Shown here one piece after another: positions 57,241 to 64,000 of a DNA stretch of 64,000 nt (its first letter is position 1; each line of letters begins with the position of its first letter). Source of the DNA: the human T2T-CHM13v2.0 reference genome, Homo sapiens. Position numbers and translations under genes: made by a program. The notes under the pieces were generated by a model. The model worked only from the letters and a program-made list of their open reading frames with translations. It was not told the origin of the DNA and ran no database searches. The stretch is taken from assembly GCF_009914755.1 (NCBI RefSeq), contig NC_060946.1. One strand, written 5' to 3'.

Positions 57241-60200
57241 CAACAGAAAGGTTGAATTCTGTGACATGAATTCACACATCACAAAGAGGTTTTTCAGAAA
57301 TCTTCTGTCTGGTTTTTAGGTGAAGACACTTCCTTTTTCACCACGGGCCGCAAATATCTCCAAATATCCATTTGCAGATTCTACAGAAAGACTTTCCAAA
57401 CTGCTCAATCAAAAGAAAGGTTCAACACTGTGAGATGAAGGCACACATCACCAAGAAGTTTCTCAGAAACCTTCTGTCTAGTTTTTAGGTGAAGATACTT
57501 CGTATTTCACCACAGGCCATAAGGGGCTCACAAATATCCCTTTGCAGGTTCTACAAAAAGACTGTTTCCAAACTGCTCAATCAAAAGAAAGGTTCAACTC
57601 TGTGACGTGAATGGACACATCACAAAAAATTTCTCGGAATGATTCCGTATAGTTTTTATGGGAAGATGTTTCTCTTTCACCATAAGCCTCAAACGGATCA
57701 GAATTCTCCCTTTGCAGATTGTACAATAAGCCTCTTTCCAATCTGCTCAATCAAAAGAAAGTTTCCACTCGGTGAGGTGAATGCACACATCGCAAGGGAG
57801 TTTCTCAGAAAGCTTCTGTTTAGTTTTTACGTGAAGATATTTCGTTTTTCACCACGGGCCTCAAAAGCTCTCCAAATATCCATTTGCAGATTCTAGAAAA
57901 GGAGTGTTTCCAAACTCCTCAATCAAAGGATAGTTTCAATTCCGTGAGATGAAAGCACACATCACAACGAAGATTCTTAGAAAGCGTCTGTCTAGTTTTC
58001 ATGTGAAGATACCTCACATTGCATCACAGTACTCAATGGGCTCAGAAATATCCCCTTGCAGATCCTACAAAAGGACTGTTTCAAAACTGCTGAATCCAAA
58101 GAAAGTTTCAACTATGTGAGATGAATGCACACGTCACGAAGACGTTCCTCAGAATGCTTCTGTCTTGCTTACATGTGAAGAAGATTCCTATTTCACCATA
58201 GGCAATAAAGGGCTCACAAATATTTTTTGCAGATTCTACAAAAAGACTGTATCCAAACTGATCAATAAAAAGAAAGTTTTAACTCTGTTAGATTAATGGA
58301 CACATCAAAAAGTAGTTTCTCAGAAAACTTCTGTGTAGTTTTTATGTGAAGATACTTCCTTTGTCAACATTGGCCTCAAACACTCCTAATATCCATTTAC
58401 AGATGTCACAGAAAGAGTGTTTCCAAACTGCTCAATCAAAAGAAAGTGTTTAACTCTGTGAGGTGAAAGCACACATCTCAAAGAAGTTTCTCCGAAAGCT
58501 TCGGTCTAGTTTTCATGTGATGATATTTCCAGTCTCACCATAGGCCTCAAAGGGCTAAGAAATATCCCTTTCCAGATTCTAAAAGACCACCATTTCCATA
58601 CTTCTCAATCAAAAGAAAGGTTACATTCTGTGAGGTTAATGCACACAGCAGAATGAAGTTTCTCAGAATTCTCCTGTCTAGTTTTCATGTGAAGATATTT
58701 ACTATTTCACTATAGGCTTCAAATGTCTCAAAAATATCCCTTTGCAGATTCTACAAAAATATGCTTTCCAAAGTGCTGAATTCAAAGAAACCTTCAACTC
58801 TGTCACATGAATGGAGACATCACAAAGAAGTTCCTCAGAATGCTTCTGTCTAGTTTAAATGTGAAGATATTTCTTTTTCACCATAGACCTCAAAGGGCTC
58901 AGAATTAGACCTTTGCAGATTGCAGAGAAAGACTGTCTCTAAACTGCTCAAATAAAATAAAGTTTCAACACGGTGAGATGAATGCACACATCACAAAGAA
59001 GTTCCTCAGAAAGCTTCTGTCTGGTTTTTATGTGAAGATATTTCCTTTTTCACCATAGGCCTTACACCGCTCACAAATATCCTTCTGCAGATACTAGAAA
59101 AAGACAGTTTCCAAACTGCTCCATCAAAAGAAAATTTCACCTGTCTGAGATGAATGCACACATCATAAAGAGGTTCCTCAGAATTCTTCTGTCTAGTTTT
59201 TATGTGAAGATGTTTCCATTTTCACCTTAGGCCACAAAGCGCCCCAAACATCCGTTTGCAGATGATACGAAAAGACTGTTTCCAAACTGCTCAACCAAGA
59301 GAAATTTTCAACTCTGTGAGATGAAAGCACACATCACAAAAAAGTTTCTCAGCAATCTTCTGTCTCGCTTTTATCTCAAGATAATTCCTATTTTGCCATA
59401 GGAATCAAGGGGCTCACATATACCCCTTTGCGGATTCTACAAAAGTTCTCCTTACAAACTTCTCAATCAAAAGAAACGTTCAACATTGTGAGTTGAATGA
59501 ACACATCCCAAAGACGTTTCTCAGGTTGCTTCTGTCTGGTTTCTATGTGAAGATGTTTCCTTTTTCACCATAGTCTTTAAGCCACTCAAAAATATCTTTC
59601 TGCAGACTCTATCAAAAGACTGTTTCCAAACTGGCCCATATAGCATGTTTCAACGATGTGAAATGAATGCACTCATCAAAAAGAAGTTTCTCAGGATTCT
59701 CCTGTCTAGTTTTTATGTGAAGATATTTCCTTTTTCACCATAGGCCACAAATTGCTCCAAATATCCATTTGCAGATTCTACAAAAAGAATGTTCCCAAAC
59801 TGGTCAATCAACAGAAAGGCGCAACTCTGTGAGACGAAAGCACACATCACAAAGAAGTTTCTCGGAAAGCCTCTGTCTGCATTTTATGTCAAGGTATTTC
59901 CTTTGGCACCATAGGCCTTAAACCGCTCGCAAATATAACTCCACTTATACTACCAAGAGACTTTCTCCAAATTGCTAAATGAAAAGAAAGGTTCAACTCT
60001 GTGAGATGAATACACACATCAAAAAGAAGTTTCTCAAAATGCTTCTGTCTAGTTTTCATGGGAAGATATTTATTTTTCACCGTTGGCCCCAAACCGCTCA
60101 GAAATATCCCTTCGCAGTTTGTAGAAAAAGACTGCTTCCAAACTGCTCAATGAAAGGAAATGGTCAACTATTAGAGATGAATGGAAATGTCACAAAGAGT

Positions 60201-63200
60201 TTTCTCAAAAAGCTACTGTGTCGTTTTTATGTGAAGACATTGCCTTTGGCATCCTAGGCCTTAAAACTCTCTAAATACACATTCACAGATTCTACAAAAA
60301 GACTGATTCCAAACTGCTCAATCAGAAGAAGGGTTCAATTCCGTGTGACAAACGTGCACATCAGAAAGAAATTTGTCAGAAAGCTTCTGTCTACTTTTTA
60401 TGTGAAGATATTTCATATTTCAACAAAGGCCATAAAGGGCTCACAAATATCCCTTTGCAGATTCTAAGGAAAGACATTTTCCAAACTCCTCAATCAAAAG
60501 AAAGGTTTCACTCTGTGTGATGAATGGACACATCACAAAGAAGTTTCTCAGAAAGCTTCTGTCTACTTTTTATGTGAGGCTATTTCTTGTTCACCATAGG
60601 CCTCGAGCAGCTAAGAAATTTCCCTCTGCAGCTTCTACAAAAGACTGGTTCCAAACTGCTCAACTGAAAGGAAGGTTGAATTCTGTGACATGAATTCACA
60701 CATCACAAAGAGGTTTTTCAGAAATCTTCTGTCTAGTTTTTATGTGAAGATACTTCCTTTTTCACCAAGGGCCTCAAATATCTCCAAATATCCATTTGCA
60801 GATTCTACAGAAAGACTTCCCAAACTGCTCAATCAAAAGAAAGGTTCAACACAGTGAGATGAAGGCACACATCACAAAGGAGTTTCTCAGAAATCTCCTG
60901 TCTAGTTTTTGTGTGAAGATATTTGGTATTTCACCACAGGCCATAAGGGGCTCACAAATATCCCTTTGCAGGTTCTACACAAAGACTGTTTCCAAACTGC
61001 TCAATCAAAAGAAAGGTTCAACTCTGTGACGTGAATGGACACATCACAAAAAATTTCTCGGAATGATTCCGTCTAGTTTTTATGGGAAGATGTTTCTCTT
61101 TCACCAGAAGCCTCAAACGGATCAGAATTCTCCCTTTGCAGATTCTACAATAAGCCTATTTCCAATCTGCTCAATCAAAAGAAAGTTTCAACTCTGTGAG
61201 GTGAATGCACACATCACAAGGGAGTTTCTCAGAAAGCTTCTGTTTAGTTTTTACGTGAAGATGTTTCGTTTTTCAACATGGGCCTCAAAAGCTCTCCAAA
61301 TATCCACTTGCAGATTCTAGAAAAAGAGTGTTTCCAAACTCCTCAATCAAAAGAAAGTTTCAATTCTGTGAGATGAAAGCACACATCACACCGAAGTTTC
61401 TTAGAAAGATTCTGTCTAGTTTTTATGTGAAGATACTTCACAGTGCATCTTAGTACCCAATGGGCTCAGAAATATCCCTTGGCAGATTCTACAAAAGGAC
61501 TGTTTCAAAACTGCTCAATCCAAAGAAAGTTTCAACTATGTGAGATGAATGCACACATCACAAAGAAGTTCCTCAAAATGCTTCTGTCTAGTTTATATGT
61601 GAAGAAGATTCCTATTTCACCATAGGCAATAAAGGGCTCACAAATATTTTTTGCAGATTCTACAAAAAGACTGTGTCCAAACTGCTCAAAAAAAAGAAAG
61701 TTTTAACTCTGTTAGATTAACGGACACATCGAAAAGTAGTTTCTCAGAAAACTTCTGTTTAGTTTTTATGAGAAAATATTTCCTTTGCCACCATTGGCCT
61801 CAAAGCACTCCTAATATCCATTTACAGATTTCACAAAAAGAGTGTTTCCAAACAGCTCAATCAAAAGAAAGTGTTTAACTCTGTGAGGTGAAAGCACACA
61901 TCTCCAAGAAGTTTCTCAGAAAGCTTCGGTCTACTTTTCATGTGAAGATATTTCCAGTTTCACCGTAGGCCTCAAAGGGCTAAGAAATATCCCTTTGCAG
62001 ATTCTAAAAGACGACCGTTTCCATACTTCTCAATCAAAAGAAAGGTTAAATTCTCTGAGGTTAATGCCCACGTCAGAATGAAGTTTCTCAGAATTCTCCT
62101 GTCTAGTTTCTATGTGAAGATATTTACTATTTCACAATAGGCTTCAAAGGTCTCAAAAATATCCCTTTGCAGATTCTACAAAAATACGGTTTCCACAGTG
62201 CTGAATTAAAAGAAACCTTCAACTCTGTCAGATGAATGGAGACATCACAAAGAAGTTCCTCGGAATGCTTCTGTCTAGTTTAAATGTGAAGATATTTCTC
62301 TTTCACCACAGACCTCAAATGGCTCAGAAATATGCCATTGCAGATTGCAGAAAAAGACTGTCTCTAAACTGCTCAAATAAAATAAAGTTTCAACACTGTG
62401 AGATGAATGCACACATCACAAAGAAGTTTCTCAGAAAGCTTCTGTCTAGTTTTTATGTGAAGATATTTCCTTTTTCAGCATAGTCCTTACACCGCTCACA
62501 AATATCCTTCGGCACATACTAGAAAAAGACTGTTTCCAAACTGCTCCATCAAAAGAAAATTTCACCTACCTGAGAGGAATGCACACATCATAAAGAAGTT
62601 TCTCAGAATTCTTCTGTCTAGATTTTATGTGAAGATATTTCCATTTTCACCTCAGGCCACAAAGCGCTCCAAACATCCCTTTGCAGATGATACGAAAAGA
62701 CTGTTTCCAAACTGCTCAATCAAAAGAAATTTTCAACTCTGTGAGATGAAAGCACACATCACAGAAAAGTTTCTCAGAAATCTTCTGTGTAGTTTTTATC
62801 TCAAGATAATTCCTATTTTGCCATAGGAATCAAGGGGCTCACAAATATCCCTTTGCAGATTCTACAAAAGTTCTGTTTACAAACCTCTCAATCAAAAGAA
62901 ACGTTCAACATTGTGAGATGAATGAACACATCACAAAGAAGTTTCTCAGAATGCTTCTGTCTGGTTACTCTGTGAAGATATTTTTTTTTCACCACAGTCT
63001 TTAAGCCACTCAAAAATATCTGTCTGCAGACACTACAAAAAGACTGTTTCCAAACTGGCCCATATAGCATGTTTCAACTATGTGAAATGAATGCACTCAT
63101 CAAAGAGAAGTTTCTCAGAATTCTTCTGTCTAGTTTTTATGTGAAGATATTTCCTTCTTCACCGTAGGCCGCAAATTGCTCCAAATATCCATTTGCGGAT

Positions 63201-64000
63201 TCTACAGAAAGAATGTTTCCAAACTGGTCAATCAACAGAAAGGCTCAACTCTGTGAGACGAAAGCACACATCACAAAGAAGTTTCTCAGAAAGCTTCTGT
63301 CTACATTTTTTGTGAAGGTATTTCCTTTGGCACCGTAGGCCTTAAACCACTCACAAACATAACTCCGCTTATACTACCAAGAGACTTTCTCCAAATTGCT
63401 AAATCAAAAGAAACGTTCAACTCTGTGAGATGAATACACACATCAAAAAGAAGTTTCTCAAAATGCTTCTGTCTAGTTTTCATGTGAAGATATTTATTTT
63501 TCACCATTGGCCCCAAACGGCTCAGAAATATCCCTTTGCAGTTTGTAGGAAAAGACTGTTTCCAAACTGCTCAATGAGAAGAAATGGTCAACTATTAGAG
63601 ATGAATGGAAATGTCACAAAGAGTTTTCTCAAAAAGCTACTGTGTCGTTTTTATGTGAAGACGTTTCCTTTTTCACTCTAGGCCTTAAAACTCTCTAAAT
63701 ATACATTCACAGATTCTACAAAAAGACTGATTCCAAACTGCTCAATCAGAAGAAAGGTTCAATTCCGTGTGACAAACGTGCACATCACAAAGAAATTTGT
63801 CAGAAAGCTTCTGTCTACTTTTTATGTGAAGATATTTCATATTTCAACAAAGGCCATAAAGGGCTCACAAATATCCCTTTGCAGATTCTAAGGAAAGACA
63901 TTTTCCAAACTCCTCAATCAAAAGAAAGGTTTCACTCTGTGCGATGAATGGACACATCACAAAGAAGTTTCTCAGAAAGCTTCTGTCTACTTTTTATGTG
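57241..64000 (-). repeat. Alpha satellite, ~39.5 monomers of ~171 bp, arranged as a 3,424-bp 20-mer higher-order repeat
   Basis: CACATCACAAAGAAGTTTCTCAGAA..CTTCTGTCTAGTTTTTATGTGAAGATA recurs every ~171 bp (reverse of the usual consensus strand). Unique markers recur at +3424: AAGGTTGAATTCTGTGACATG at 57248/60672, CATATAGCATG at 59637/63061 and TAGGCCTTAAAACTCT at 60255/63679. Confidence 0.96.

Noticed and set aside
57639-63681. ORFs within the alpha satellite
   Set aside because: They recur with the 3,424-bp period and are satellite translations.

Overview
Primate, very probably human, pericentromeric DNA with no intact protein-coding or RNA gene. There are three blocks. (1) 1-29,785 is a diverged classical satellite III-type array (GGAAT/GGAGT pentamers). 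Its first ~10.8 kb is plain pentamer sequence. From ~10,848 it becomes a composite satellite in which one ~60-bp Alu 3'-end fragment recurs about 51 times, all in the same orientation, about every 370 bp. Variants of that fragment reveal nested higher-order periods: 272- and 724-bp duplications, a 5-unit ~1.9-2.4 kb repeat and a ~13.4-13.5 kb block duplication. (2) 29,786-57,240 is an AT-rich non-satellite island of old and young interspersed repeats: L1 pieces, a full-length decayed L1PA4-like element, four Alus, MER5A, MER47A, LTRs and a MIR. It looks like transplanted euchromatin with abrupt junctions at both ends. (3) 57,241-64,000 is alpha satellite arranged as a diverged 3,424-bp (20-monomer) higher-order repeat with no CENP-B box seen. 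ORFs in the satellite blocks are repeat artefacts. Repeat family and subfamily calls come from remembered consensus sequences and need Dfam/RepeatMasker confirmation. The Alu-satellite composite is the most unusual element, but I cannot confirm that it is undescribed.
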